NCBI GenBank assembly: GCA_964035545.1
Contig: OZ037772.1
Coordinates: forward strand, 11,902,818-11,966,817
Length of the DNA stretch: 64,000 bases
Source of the DNA: Bugula neritina
Taxonomy: Eukaryota; Animalia; Bryozoa
Direction of reading: 5' to 3'
In this document: piece after piece, positions 27,233-39,886 of the stretch
How positions within the stretch are numbered: position 1 is the first letter of the stretch
Layout: each line of letters starts with the position of its first letter
Notes under the pieces: model-generated
What the model saw: only the letters and a program-made list of their open reading frames with translations
Databases searched by the model: none
Told to the model about the DNA's origin: nothing
Made by a program: the position numbers and the translations under genes

Positions 27233-28260
27233 CTGCTATCAGTGGTGGAGACTAATGATTATTATATTTCATAATTTAATAAGAGTGAAGTTGTTTTATA
27301 TTTTAATAAATATTATGGTGGTAACCTCAAGTTTTCGCCCTGATTTGTATGTTATAACTTTGCATTAACTTTTCTTTATCAATACGCACTCTTGTGCTGC
27401 ACTAACATGTGTATAATTATACTGACACATATGTATTCTACTGACACATAATATGTATTATACTGACACATAATATGTATTATACTGATACATATCATGT
27501 ATAATTATACTGATACATATTCATTGCACTGATCGATGTGTATACTGTGTATGTCTTGCTTTGACCTGCGATATTGTCTTAAAATAAGTTATAAGAATTA
27601 GGAAAACAAATTATTATATAAGAACGAAAACAAAAGAATCTGCTAAGGCAAAACTATTAAAAGCTAACTCTGTAAGCACAGTGTTAGCTTTTTATACTAT
27701 GGAATGATGTTATGGTATCTGGATGTCATGTTATAAATAATTCACCAGAAAAGCTCCTGGAAGCTTCATTTCCAGCTGTGGTATATGCTGTTGTGTCGCA
27801 TCAATTCAACAGCTTGATAAGCTGTATTTCTTTCAAACAATGCCTAAATGTATATCGAACAATAAATACTAACTATATACAACTATCTTGCAAGCCATTA
27901 AACTATTGCATGTCCATAATTAATTTTAGCTCTAAGAAAACAACCTCCAAGTTGATAAATTTAGAAACATGGATTTTTATTCTATCTGTGACATTTACAA
28001 GCTAGAATTGTGTTGTCAAAGAAAGCTTGTCATTTTGCTTTTTACACAAATAGCATAACAAAAACAAATTGGGAAAAAAAGTTTCCTATTTTGCAAAGCA
28101 TGTCAAAATTCTCTATTATTTATTCTAAAACAAAAATTTTATAAATTTTTTGCATACTTGTGATTTAAAAATATAATAATTATTCTCATTCAAAGTCATT
28201 AGCATAGCTGAAGTTGATGTAACTTGTTTTTGATCAACAACATTTTCAAACAATTGAGAA

Positions 28261-29490
28261 ATGGCAGCAGCTGCTTGTGGACCGAGCAGACAACCTGCAC
28301 CCACCTGCCCACCAGATGTCAGTGACACTCTGGAGGTGCTCCAAGGAGTGGAAAGGATTGCTACTAGAGACTATACCAGGGGTGTTGACAATGACCACAT
28401 CAACTACGTAGCCATGGATACACAATCAGGTAACAGAGTTCTGTTAACTCTCTACTTCCACAAGGAAAATGACCAGCTCCTGGGTCTCAGCAAGTCTGGC
28501 AAGACCATGTTCATTGCAAGTAGATTTTCAAGCAAGTTATCTCCACCTTGCTCCATCTCACTTCCCTTTGATAACAACCGTGTGAGTGGTACTGTTCAGA
28601 TGGACACTCCTGCCGATAGCACCATCACTCTGACAAACTACGTTGTCTTCTCTTGCTCGCCAAACTTCAATTTAGTAGTCAAACTGAAATTAGACAGAAA
28701 CCTGATTTTCAATAGAGATGACAAAATAGTCGCCAAAATAGATAAGAACGAGCAGATGCTTGCGGCAGAGTTCTATGAGCCTTTTTCTCCAGTTGAGAAG
28801 TGCTTGATCTTGGTACATCTCATGCGGCGGCAGTTCTTTGTCAACAGATATCAGGATCTTAATCTCACTCCAAAATTTGGCATGATGCCTCTTGTTTATG
28901 TCCATGTCATTCCAAAGCAGTGGACAGTCTACCCTATCCACAGAGACGACCTTGGAAAGGTGATTCTAGATGACGCAAAGTACTACATCAGAATCTCTAA
29001 CTACTGTCCTGAGTCGGACACTTACTATTTGGACATCATGAATGAAATAGACAAGCAAGTTTATAACACCGTAAAGGTTAAACACGGCGTAGATGGCGGG
29101 AAGATGTCTTGGGTCAACAACTCGTTACTGTGCTTCGTCGCCAGAGGAGTAGCTGGAGGACAAGCCCTCCACGTCACAGATGCATCTGGAGATCTGCTCG
29201 CATATAAAGTCGGAGATCAAGTGTATGACAACTCCCACAAGTTGATAGCAAAGATTCGAGACCCAGTTCGCACATCCTCTTTGTATTTGGAAGGACAAAT
29301 CTTAAGCAGCTGCTATGCTGGTCAACGGTTTGCTTATTCTCAGAACAATCACAGATGTGCTGTAGTGACTCGGCTCTTCAGCAATATACCGAAAGAGATG
29401 AAGGCTTTTGCACTTGCTTGGGCTATAAGAAATTGTTTTACCATTTACAAGCTACAAGATGCACATATACCACGTCTTGAGGAGGCCTGA
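28261..29490 (+). CDS. Uncharacterised intronless 409-aa protein, paralog B (same family)
   Basis: Shares MAAAACGPSRQPAPTCPPDVSDTL, YYIRxSNYCPESDTYYLDIM and AWAIRN with paralog A. Confidence 0.85.
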   Translation: MAAAACGPSRQPAPTCPPDVSDTLEVLQGVERIATRDYTRGVDNDHINYVAMDTQSGNRVLLTLYFHKENDQLLGLSKSGKTMFIASRFSSKLSPPCSISLPFDNNRVSGTVQMDTPADSTITLTNYVVFSCSPNFNLVVKLKLDRNLIFNRDDKIVAKIDKNEQMLAAEFYEPFSPVEKCLILVHLMRRQFFVNRYQDLNLTPKFGMMPLVYVHVIPKQWTVYPIHRDDLGKVILDDAKYYIRISNYCPESDTYYLDIMNEIDKQVYNTVKVKHGVDGGKMSWVNNSLLCFVARGVAGGQALHVTDASGDLLAYKVGDQVYDNSHKLIAKIRDPVRTSSLYLEGQILSSCYAGQRFAYSQNNHRCAVVTRLFSNIPKEMKAFALAWAIRNCFTIYKLQDAHIPRLEEA

Positions 29491-30208
29491 ACTTTACCTA
29501 ACTGACCTAATGCACCCAAGTCTATCCACAACAGATAGGTTTGTCATTTTTCATGTTGATGTTTAAAATTCAGCGTTTTATCGTCAAGATGTGAAAAACT
29601 TTTTTTCAATACTATAAAACCTATTTTGATTTTAAACTATAGTATTCTGAATGCCATATTCTTGTTATGAGTGATGTAATAAAAAGTTTTCTCATATGAT
29701 CTTTTATGTTGTTGCCTTTGTGTATGTTTGTTGCAAGCTCAAAAGTTGTCATTATAACAGAAGATTTTAATTATTATTTAGTACATAGATTTAAGCCATG
29801 AAATCTCCCATAAAATTGAATAGATTGTGATATAGTATGGTAGCACCTTTAAACAAGCACTTCAATTTGATTAGCTAGCACTAGATAGATAAATAATTGA
29901 ATAAAGCATGTTTGTTTTAAAACAAGATGGGAGCCTCCAAAACATTTATGCTATATAAAACAACTTTTTTAAAAAATAGGTTTTTAGAATATTAGTTCAG
30001 AAAAGAAAATATGTAAAGATTTTATCAATAACTATAGTAGTTGAAAAAGTTAGTAAGCTTTGATAAAACAGGAATATCAATGTGCATCAATTAAAATATG
30101 GCCTTAAAATTTTCAAATTTGTTGGATTTCAAAAGTGTTTAAAATATTTGAAAACAAAAGAAATATTGAGTGGGTTACCAACAGTTTTAATTAATACTAC
30201 CCAGTAAA

Positions 30209-31447
30209 ATGGCAGCTGCTGCTGTTTTTGGACCGAGCAGACAACCTGCACCCACCTGCCCACCAAATGTCAGTGACACTCTGGAGGTGCTCCAAGGATT
30301 GGAGAAGATTGCTACTAGAGACTATACCAGGGGTCTTTATAATGACCACATCAACTTTGTAGCCATGGATACCAACGCAGGTAACAGAGTTCTGTTGACT
30401 CTCTATTTCCACAAAGAAGCCGACCAACTCTTGGGTTTCAGCAAGTCTGGGAAAACCTTGTTCATTGCGAATGGATTTCTTCTCAATAAACATAAACTTT
30501 GTACAGTGACAATAACTTCAGAAACTATTCATTTGGCTGGTACCCTACAAATGGCTAAGAATAACATGGATGATACTTTGACAAATGCCCTCCTTCCTGA
30601 AAGCTGTCCAAATTACCAGTTGATTGTCATCGAAACCCCGAAATGCCGTAATTACCAATTCGCAAACACAGATAAAGAACTAGTAGCTAAAGCCGATGAT
30701 ATCTTCAACAATCCAACTGTTACATTTTTTAAGCCTCTTTCTCCTGCTGAAAAGGTTTTGATTTTAGTTTACAATATTAGGAGACAAATGGCTTACTACA
30801 AGTATCTGGAAATATGTATGACCCCAGTTTTCACTAGCATGCCTCCAGCGTACGTAACAACTGTCTTATTCAGGCATTGTCCAACCATTCCTATATCCAG
30901 GTGCGACATGAATGCACTTGTTCCACCTGATGCGAGCTACTTTGTCAGAATATCACACCACCACATCGAATCCGAAACATTCTACCTGGACATTCTTGCA
31001 GATTCGAAACGAATTATTTTAAATGTGAAGTTTTATTCTGAAGCAAACGGTGTAGTGTTCAAGGCAGTCGATGCTGGGTCAAGGTTATGTTTTACCGCTA
31101 CTGGCGTACAGGAAGAAAATGCACTTGAAGTTAAAGATGCAACAGACAGGGTTCTTGCTTACAGAATAGAAGATGGAATATACAATGAGAATAACTATCC
31201 AATAGCTGGCGTGCGAGATCCAACCATGCAAGCGGAGACTGCATTCACTACCGGTCTGATCACCAGTTTAATTGACAATCGAGTTCACTCTTCCTGTAAA
31301 GATTGCTTCCGCCGTGGAGCTAAAATCAGAATTAATCTTAATGCTGATTTAAGTTTAAGAATTTTCACCCTTGCATGGACAGTATGGAACTGTTTCACTG
31401 TATACAAGCTTCACCATGCTCCTATACCGTATATTCAAGAAATCTAA
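30209..31447 (+). CDS. Uncharacterised intronless 412-aa protein, paralog C (most divergent beyond the N-terminus)
   Basis: Same N-terminus; FFKPLSPAEKVLILV, ESETFYLDIL, CFTAxGV and YKLHxAPIP conserved. Confidence 0.85.
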   Translation: MAAAAVFGPSRQPAPTCPPNVSDTLEVLQGLEKIATRDYTRGLYNDHINFVAMDTNAGNRVLLTLYFHKEADQLLGFSKSGKTLFIANGFLLNKHKLCTVTITSETIHLAGTLQMAKNNMDDTLTNALLPESCPNYQLIVIETPKCRNYQFANTDKELVAKADDIFNNPTVTFFKPLSPAEKVLILVYNIRRQMAYYKYLEICMTPVFTSMPPAYVTTVLFRHCPTIPISRCDMNALVPPDASYFVRISHHHIESETFYLDILADSKRIILNVKFYSEANGVVFKAVDAGSRLCFTATGVQEENALEVKDATDRVLAYRIEDGIYNENNYPIAGVRDPTMQAETAFTTGLITSLIDNRVHSSCKDCFRRGAKIRINLNADLSLRIFTLAWTVWNCFTVYKLHHAPIPYIQEI

Positions 31448-32595
31448 ATAATAAACAATGTAATATTGAAAATGTTGCGCATAATCGTTTCAAGTGAAAA
31501 TTAATAATATGGTACATTGCAACTAAAATATTTTTATCAAAATAAAACAAAAGATAACTATTTGCAAACTTCTAAATACCGATTCCTTGGATCATCATCT
31601 TCTTTGATGAATGAATATAAAAAACAATTTTTGATTTGTGCAGCTAAACGCACCTTTTGTTTTCTAAAACAATTAACTGGGTTGATGCTAAAGATTGGCT
31701 CAGCTTGATTACGTAGTTGAGTGAGTAAAAGGTGGGCTGAGCTGTAATATTTATATATCATACACGACTAGTTATTATTTTCTTGTAAATTGGCAGCTAT
31801 CTTTACACAACTATTTTCAAAAAAAATCTTGTTTACATTTTTACTTGTAATGATTCAGTTGCTGTAAAACATGTTTAGAATATGACATGACGTAATTTGT
31901 GCACGGCTAGAATTCCACCATAATAATATATTTAATCCTGCTGAATATCTGAGGCTTTTAGATGTGTTAATTGAAATGTGTTATGTCTGCCTGTCTGTCT
32001 GTGTGTCTGTCTCTCTCTGTCTGTCTGTCTGTTTTTCTTTTAATATATAACTGCTTTGAATGCTAAATAAAAGTCATGGTGAACTAATTTTTGTAGATTT
32101 ACACTCTTGACTACAAAACGATATTGCAGCCCTTACTGCCATATCTTTTCACAGATAAAATATTGCAGGTAATAAGAAAAGGCAAATTGTTTTTAAATAT
32201 CTTGAAAAAAGTTGTGTTGCTACCATGGATTGTCAAATAAACAACATCTAAATGTATATAATTCTAATTTAGGCTATTTTATTGGTAGCTTTGTTAAAAG
32301 AAATTTGAAAATTAATATAGTCTGTCGTTCTGTTTTCATAAAAGGCATTGATTACTTTTCATTATGCTATTAGAAATTATACAAAACCAGTACTTAATCA
32401 AACTAAAGGATGTAATATAGTATAAAGTTTAGCTAAATCAATAGAAAGCTTTGAATGAGAGAAATAAAACAATGCAGTCTTTTGTTTGAGGCAAACGGCT
32501 TTACTGAGGGCACAACAATAACTGAGAAAGCTATTGCATTAGGTGTAGCTATGTTGGCACTTCTATAAACTAGGCTTGTTTGAAACATACTCAAA

Positions 32596-32739
32596 ATGAA
32601 TAGATCTAAAGTTTTATTATCCTTCTGTATTGGAGTTGTACTTCTTTGGTTGCTTGGAATCCAGCTTTACAATGGTAAGCTTTCCACACAAACACACACA
32701 CACCACACACACACACACACACCACACACACACACACAA

Positions 32740-32789
<50 letters not shown>

Positions 32790-35700
32790 CACACACACAC
32801 GTGTGTTTATCTGTAACTTTTATATATATACCACGTCACATACCACGTCACATACCACGTCACACCGAGTTCTGCACAATAGAATAGAGTTGGACATATT
32901 ACCTAGTGTACAAGTATATGAATATAAATTGTTTGAAAACCCCATATGTTCAAAGAAAATATGAGGCTTGCTACACGCATGAAGCTGCCAGGGTCATGTC
33001 AGTGTCACGCATTTAGTGACATATTATATGCGGGCTATTATGAATCAATATATCTACTGCAGGTGAACCCTGGGTGACGCAGATACAGGTCCGAGTTGAG
33101 CAGCTAGAGAGTAAGGTAGAAGAGTTGGAGAGAGAGGTAGACCAGCTGGAAGCTGAAGCAGTGAACTCAGGCCACAGGAATCCGTCATATGTCAGTCAGT
33201 GTAAGCTGAAGCACGTAACTGTTACAGATAGAGAGTGTAAGTCATATGAGACTCATGAACTGGCAGATGAGAGAACCTTTCCCATGCATCACATCTCTGG
33301 AGTTCCTGGGAGTGGAAATGACTGGATCCTGTGGCTGGGATCTCTAACAAGTACGGGATACACCTACAGAGAGTCTAATAGGTTATGTAGCAGGGGTGGC
33401 AATAAAATCTTTAATCTAAGGCTATTATCCAAGAATGTTTTCAGCTACTCGTGAGGTCGCTGCTAGTGATCTAACTCATGCTAGTTACTAAGAGTCCAGT
33501 TATTGTTTTTATTCTCAAGTGAAAAGGAAGCAACTTAATTTGTATATTTTGTGAGAGAGTTTCTTATTGGGCAGTTGTATGCAGCTTGCATAAAATAGAA
33601 ATTATTGTGTTTCTTTATACTTTAAAACAATTTTTAGTTTGACAGGTTGTATTACTGGTTAAACTGAAGTTAGGGCTTAGTTTAGTTTTTTAAACTTACA
33701 AATATAAAATGAGGCCACTTTCATACAATGCTCGACATCTACTAGAATCTAGATGGTGGTAACTTTTCATTGACTTTCTTCAATGAGGACATGCTTTTTT
33801 TAGATATAATATTCTATAACATACAGCCTATATATACAGTAATATATCTGTTCACTGCTTTAATTATATTCTCACAAAGGCGATGTATATTTATGGCAAA
33901 ATGTGTAAATCAGCATCTTTTGTTTATTATACAGGGTACAGTTGGTCAAAGTATAAACACAGTAAAACCTGTGAAGTGTATAGAAAGCAGAACATTGTCG
34001 TTAGTAAGCAGATGACATGTGATTGTTTATTTTTGAAATCCCATGAGCCTTGGTTCTGGGAGTCCAACTCCACGGATCCTGAGAAGGCCGTCCTGCTACT
34101 CAGACATCCATATGATGCCGCTTTCGCTGAGTATAAAAGGTGTTCATTACTGTTCTATATATCTTTCAGAGCTTCTTTAGAATATGTGCTGCTAACTTAT
34201 GTGTTTGGATAGTGCGGCTGACAGAACATAAGATCTAGGGTATAAATCCCAACCCCTGCATTTCAAGCAAAATGTTTATAGGAAGTGATACATCAAAGTA
34301 ATCCAAGTTAATTATTACTTATCAATTATTTGTACATAGACAGACCATATTTAAGCTTGTTGTATCCTAGCTTGTGCTATTATTGAGAACCACAACTCTG
34401 AATACAAATAGAGATTTAACTGAATTCTGCAGAAGACTGGCTGTCAAAGAACAAAATGGGAAGTCATTTGAGGCCGTCAAAACTACGACACTGGGACAAA
34501 GCGCCGAGGCTTTTATAGATGTACAAACAAACTCAACGGCAAAAGGTATTTTAGCTTAAACCTAAACCTGTATATTTAAAAAGATCAAAAATATTTTTGG
34601 TTTTTTTAAAAATAATGGGTGCAGCTATTTAACGAATTGGAAACTTTATATATATATATATATAATATAATTTAAAACTGATTTCTACATCTCTTGGGTA
34701 GGCTAAAATTTTTCACTTTATATAATTTTTTTCAAAATTAAGTATAAATCAAATGACTTAAGCTATAGTGAGTCTAAAAATAAACATAAATAATAAAGTT
34801 ACAAGTTTGAGCTACAATGTTTTAATGCTTTTCTATAAATGTTATATTTGTTTTAGGCAATATAATTATATATATAGTAAGTACAGAAATAGTCATGGTA
34901 TATTGCCAAAATAAATAGTATGGTAATAATTTGTTAATGCTTTCATAGCAATATTATAGTGAACAATAATTCAAAATATGTAGTCTGGTTGCACTAATTT
35001 AAATGTTTTTGTAAAATAAATTATTTTGTAAGACCTGAAGCTTTGTATGAAAAAGTTAATAAAAAGTAGAAGCAAAAATCTTGTGAAATAAGACCATCAT
35101 ATCGTCATAATATTTCTGTTTGCGTAAAGCACTCATGTTCTGTTTTATCATACAACTAGCACACATAGTTTTTCATGCAATCACTTTTAATCTTGCAATG
35201 AAACACAAGTTGTTATATTAATATAATTTTTATTATATTTAGTTGTTGCAGTCTTCAACAATATATTATATTGTATCAATTCAATACTATGCATATCAAA
35301 ACATGGTAACTATTGCAGAATGGAAGAGCACACTGATATCGTATGCGAGGAAATGGGTGAAGCATGCCACACACTGGCTTACAAAATACCAAAAACCTGT
35401 ACATGTTATGATATACAACAGAATTAGAAACAATACTGTAGAAGAAATTGAAAAGATGCAAGCATTTTTTGGTTATAAATTTGATGGAGCTAATTTTAGG
35501 TAAGTGCTGCTGAAACAAAGTAATCGCATTGCTGATTGCCTAAAATGGGCACAAAATTTTAAGATATTCAAATAGATTTATATATATAACATATAATGTA
35601 ATAAAGTCAACACCAGTTAATTATTTTCTTTTATGCTTTATTGTTGCACAACAAAGTAAATAACAAAATAAATAACATTCAATTTATAAGGCATCTAACC

Positions 35701-36718
35701 CTCGTATATATTATATATTTCTCAATACTGTGATGCAATGCTATTTATATCATTATTGTTTATTTTTTCAATAAGTTTTTCTTTTAAAAATATGCAACTT
35801 ATTTGTTGTATGAAGATTTTATTTTATACATTGCATAGAGCTCACGTGTTTTTATTTGTGGTGAATTAAAAACTGTTGTTTACTGCCAGTATAAAATTAA
35901 TTAGTAGATATACTTATGGATGATAATGAATTGCTTCATTTAACAACTTTGTGGGTTTTTATGCCACATTTAAATTCTTATGACAAGTGACGGTGGTGGC
36001 GATTTGTAACTATAATATAGTAATATAATATATAAAAATTTATCATAATAAACTAATTGATATGAATTATATATATAATATATTGCAATCTGCTAAAATA
36101 TTATATAATGTTTTTATAAAACTTGTTTAATTGCTTGGTAAACAAGCAATAGTACCAATTGATAAGCTGTTCATTATGTTAACTATTGTGACATGCTGTA
36201 AATTTATTCTAAAATTATTTGTATTTTAGAAGACATTGCTGCTTAAGAAAAAATACTCTCAATAAATCACTTAAAAGATCAGACAGTATTATAAACAAAT
36301 ACAGAGTAAGTGATCATAACTCCAGTAATTTCATTAGATCATAATAATAAATCCACGCGAAATTACTTGTGAACTCACCATCTTTTTAGTCACTTAAGCT
36401 TCTTTTGGAAAAAACAATTTTTAGTATTTAATTAAAAATACTAGTACAGTCAATCAATGTACTTATAATATAAATTGTTTAAAAATTGAGTACTGTAACT
36501 AGAATTTTCACCAGTGCAAAGTCATTCTATAGACTATAGCCCACTCATACCTTCTATATGTGAGTCTTACCCTTTCTATATAATTATGTAATTGGCAGAA
36601 CTATGCCTGGGAACAAGAGCCTGGCATACAAAATAGCTATAGAAGAGCTGTTGAAGCGGTACACACCATGTTAGATCAGAAGTTTCCTGACCACAAGTAC
36701 CGAGTAGAACGAGGATGA
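32596..36718 (+). CDS. WSCD-family-like type II membrane sulfotransferase lacking a WSC domain (~361 aa)
   Basis: Exons 32596-32674 (signal anchor), 33063-33381 (coiled coil; ISGVPGSGNDW, 5'-PSB-like), 33942-34139 (FLKSHE; AVLLLRHPYDAAFAEYKR, 3'-PB-like), 34433-34545, 35319-35499 (W..HATHWL..PVHVMIY), 36230-36305 (RHCCL), 36599-36718. Total 1086 nt, open frame. Confidence 0.82.
32685..32800. repeat. (CA)n microsatellite
   Basis: Direct inspection; intron 1 of the sulfotransferase gene. Confidence 0.95.
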
Positions 36719-37651
36719 GGAGAAGATTCACTGCAGGATTTACCTGTCACTCGCAATAAGCTGCCACCAGCAGCAAAACTTGGGTAACCAATCATACTTA
36801 CCAATGTGGTTTACTTTGAATTCTCACACAATTCGCACATACTCCGCAATGATTGGAAGGAAATCGTAAAACTGAAATGCAAAAAAGTGGACTCGCTAAA
36901 CTTTAATTAGCTCCTCAGAGCACTATACCAATGATAATACACCGTTATAATAAACTGGTATGACTTATTCAGATAATGCTAAGATGCAAACTTTGCTATC
37001 AGTTATGTTTTACTGACAGTGAAAGCTTTAAACTATCAGTGTATCAGTGATACATATTTGTTGTTATATTATACTTTCCTTAATTATTTGATTGTTTTGC
37101 TAAACAAATTAAAATAAACAGTTGATTTAGCTACATTATATCAATCAAATCACCTCAAATTTTGACAAGCAAATGATTATTAAATTTATAATCAATCAGC
37201 TATACAATATACACATAATACCATAAGTATAACAAAGTATATCAGTATGGAAGTTGGTGGCTGCTTGTAGCACCAACAGAGTGTAGAGAGTTGTACTGAC
37301 TTTGGTCTAGCAGCATATATAATATTCTATTTAAATAGTATTTGGCAAAGCATGCAACTACTATTGCTGCCATTGCAAATAGATGATAGGCTGGAACAAT
37401 GTAATTTTGTATGAATACTCTACAGAAATAAATTTAGAGTCAAGTTTTAAAGAGTAAATTTGATGTTAAGTTAAGCTATTTATCTCAAGAGACATAATAT
37501 ATTCTAGCTGTATACTAGATAGAAAAAAAACTATAGTAATAAACTCTATAAGATGAATATAGTTTCAAAATTTTATTTATTTATTCAATGTTTTAGATCT
37601 TTTAAGCATATAATATATTGAAGTGTAATGTAGCATGTAGCCTCTTGTCTC

Positions 37652-38881
37652 TTAAAGTTCTTGAATATAAGGTAGTGGGGCTAGATGTAACATATAGATG
37701 TTGAAGTAGTTCCTTATAGCCCAGACTAGTGCAAAAGTTCTCAGCTCGGTAGGAACATCGTTGAGTATTCTCAGTTCCACGGCACATCTGTGACGGTTCT
37801 GGGAGACAGCACACAGATGAGTACTGCATGTACTACTTCTAATAATCTGACCTTCTAAACACTTGCTCGGTTCGAATGCAGGCTCTATAATACTAGCCAT
37901 TTGATTACCACATTGATTATAAACTTTGTCCTCTATCTTGTACGCCAAAATGTCTCCTATTGCGTCACTGACTTCCATTACCTCACCACACGTTACGCCT
38001 CTAGCAGTAAAGCACAGCGTCGCCATATTTGCCCATTGCAACTTGCCACCTTCAACATTCGGCTCAAACTTTACATTATTCAAGACTTGTCTGGTCGATT
38101 CGCTCATGATGTCCAGATAGTAGGAGTCCGAGTCAGAGCAGTAGTTAGAGACTCTTATGTAGTAAGATTTGTCTTCCATCAGAATGCTACTCAGGGCAGC
38201 CCGGTGTAGAAGGGCGTTCGGCCAGTATCTGCTAATAGCGGGCACGTAAACTGTGGGCATATTCACAAAGGTTGGGGTCAGCCTGTGGTTTTGAAACTTT
38301 TCGTACATAAGTTGTCGTCTCATGAGGGCCACCAACATCAAACTTTTCACAGCCGGGGTCAAAGGCTCGTAAAACTCAATGGTGAACATACGCTGAATCT
38401 TTTTCACTTTAGCCACTACCTTGTCATTGAGGTTGTAGAAGAGGTTCTTGTCCTGGTGCGTCCTGATTTTTAGTTCAGAGTTTGGTGAGTCACACGGCAA
38501 GGAGTGGTTCATCAACTTGATGAGCTGAGATGGAAATTCTTTTTTGATGAGCCCTTGCAGACGAAGATTCCTCTTGTACGCTGTCATAGTACAAGGTGGG
38601 CAGGACTGGCTAGAAAAGTCAGTAGCAGTAAACAAGGTCTTCCCAGACTTGCTGAGACCCAGAAGCTGGTCACTTTCCTTGTGGAAGTAGAGAGTTAATA
38701 GAACCCTGTTACCTGACTGGGTATTCATAGCTACAAAGTTGATGTGATCATTATGAAGACCCCTGGTATAGTCTCTAGTAGCAATACTTTCCACTCCTTG
38801 GAGCACGTCCAGAGTGTCACTGACATCTGGTGGGCAGGTGGGTGCAGGTTGTCTGCTCGGTCCACAAGCAGCTGCTGCCAT
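37652..38881 (-). CDS. Uncharacterised intronless 409-aa protein, paralog D (inverted member of the family)
   Basis: ATG at 38881 in the same AAGTAAAATGG context as paralog A; full-length homology. Confidence 0.85.
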   Translation of the reverse strand: MAAAACGPSRQPAPTCPPDVSDTLDVLQGVESIATRDYTRGLHNDHINFVAMNTQSGNRVLLTLYFHKESDQLLGLSKSGKTLFTATDFSSQSCPPCTMTAYKRNLRLQGLIKKEFPSQLIKLMNHSLPCDSPNSELKIRTHQDKNLFYNLNDKVVAKVKKIQRMFTIEFYEPLTPAVKSLMLVALMRRQLMYEKFQNHRLTPTFVNMPTVYVPAISRYWPNALLHRAALSSILMEDKSYYIRVSNYCSDSDSYYLDIMSESTRQVLNNVKFEPNVEGGKLQWANMATLCFTARGVTCGEVMEVSDAIGDILAYKIEDKVYNQCGNQMASIIEPAFEPSKCLEGQIIRSSTCSTHLCAVSQNRHRCAVELRILNDVPTELRTFALVWAIRNYFNIYMLHLAPLPYIQEL

Positions 38882-39666
38882 TTTACTTGGTAAAAAGATG
38901 TTGAATTTAGTCTTCAAACAGATGAATTTTCTTTAGCTTTGTTCAAATACTTTAAAATTTTATTTCACATTTCAACATTTTTTAAATTTTACAGGAGAAT
39001 TATTACTAAATCGATGATGTCAACGCAGAAAAATATTTATTAATAATTGTTAGTTTAACCTTCATGAACAAAATTGTTCTGTTTTACTTTAATTATTTCT
39101 AAAATTGTCGATTTCAGTAATTTCATGCTCACTTTTGAAAACAATCAGTAATTACCCTCCTTGCAGTTGATGGAAGTGAAATTTGTAGAATAAATTGTTA
39201 GTTGTTAATTTTTAACTCTAATATATAGTCTAAAATGCTGCAAAAGTTATTTCTCATTGTAATCAATTTTCTCAATGAGAATTAGGATATATAAAATAAT
39301 TTTCTTAACATCAAATCTAAAAGCATGGCAATGAAAATTAACTGACTTATAAAATTCAAACTGCTCTCATCATTTAACAGTTCCTGAGAGTGAACTTGTT
39401 TGATCCTATGTCGGCAGCAAATAATTGAAATTTGGTTGAAATTTCTATATAAGAATATTTCTGCACAAAATTAAATAACCCTAATCAAAATAAAATTCAA
39501 ATTAAACATAATATTTGGATAGTCATCAGAGCAAGGTGTTAGAAAATATTAATTCACAAAAATAACATAATGAGAAAATTCAACAAGTGGGCATATAATA
39601 TTATATAGTTAGTTTCTCCGACTGCATAATATTAATTATATTATATTCATATAATTAATATTATAA

Positions 39667-39886
39667 GGAGCAGCTATGGTCTAGAGGTTAGAGCATTTAC
39701 CTTATAGTAAACACTAAGTCATGAGTTGGAACCCTAACAAAGGCCATTAATGGTGATGTTAGGAAGAGCATCCAGTCATAGTTGCTCCTGTGCCTTATTT
39801 TAAACAAGTCCTTGGCCCGATTTAACAAAAACCTTTTCCATCAGGGGTTTCTCACAGGAATAGCGACTATAAACTTGCCTGAACTT
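39667..39886 (+). mobile_element. Degenerate tRNA-derived SINE, possibly with a Meta-type central domain
   Basis: Pol III A box (tggtctagagg) and B box (gagttggaaccc) at tRNA spacing, followed by ggtgatgttaggaagagcatccag, which resembles the GGAAGGGCATCCGG core of MetaSINEs. No intact cloverleaf. Confidence 0.6.

Noticed and set aside
25979-31447. Viral or bacterial horizontal origin of the intronless family
   Set aside because: No viral or bacterial hallmark genes or integration ends; motif similarity to eukaryotic PLSCR makes retroposition or intron loss sufficient. Not formally excluded without a search.
32675-32964. His/Thr-rich protein extension
   Set aside because: Read-through into a (CA)n intron; the exon ends at the GTAAG donor after 32674.
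37901-38698. Short plus-strand ORFs overlapping paralog D (and similar antisense ORFs in A, B, C and the LINE)
   Set aside because: Shadow frames of real coding sequence with no independent motifs.
39667-39740. Functional tRNA gene
   Set aside because: A and B boxes are present, but the acceptor stem and T-loop are degenerate and a SINE-like body follows.
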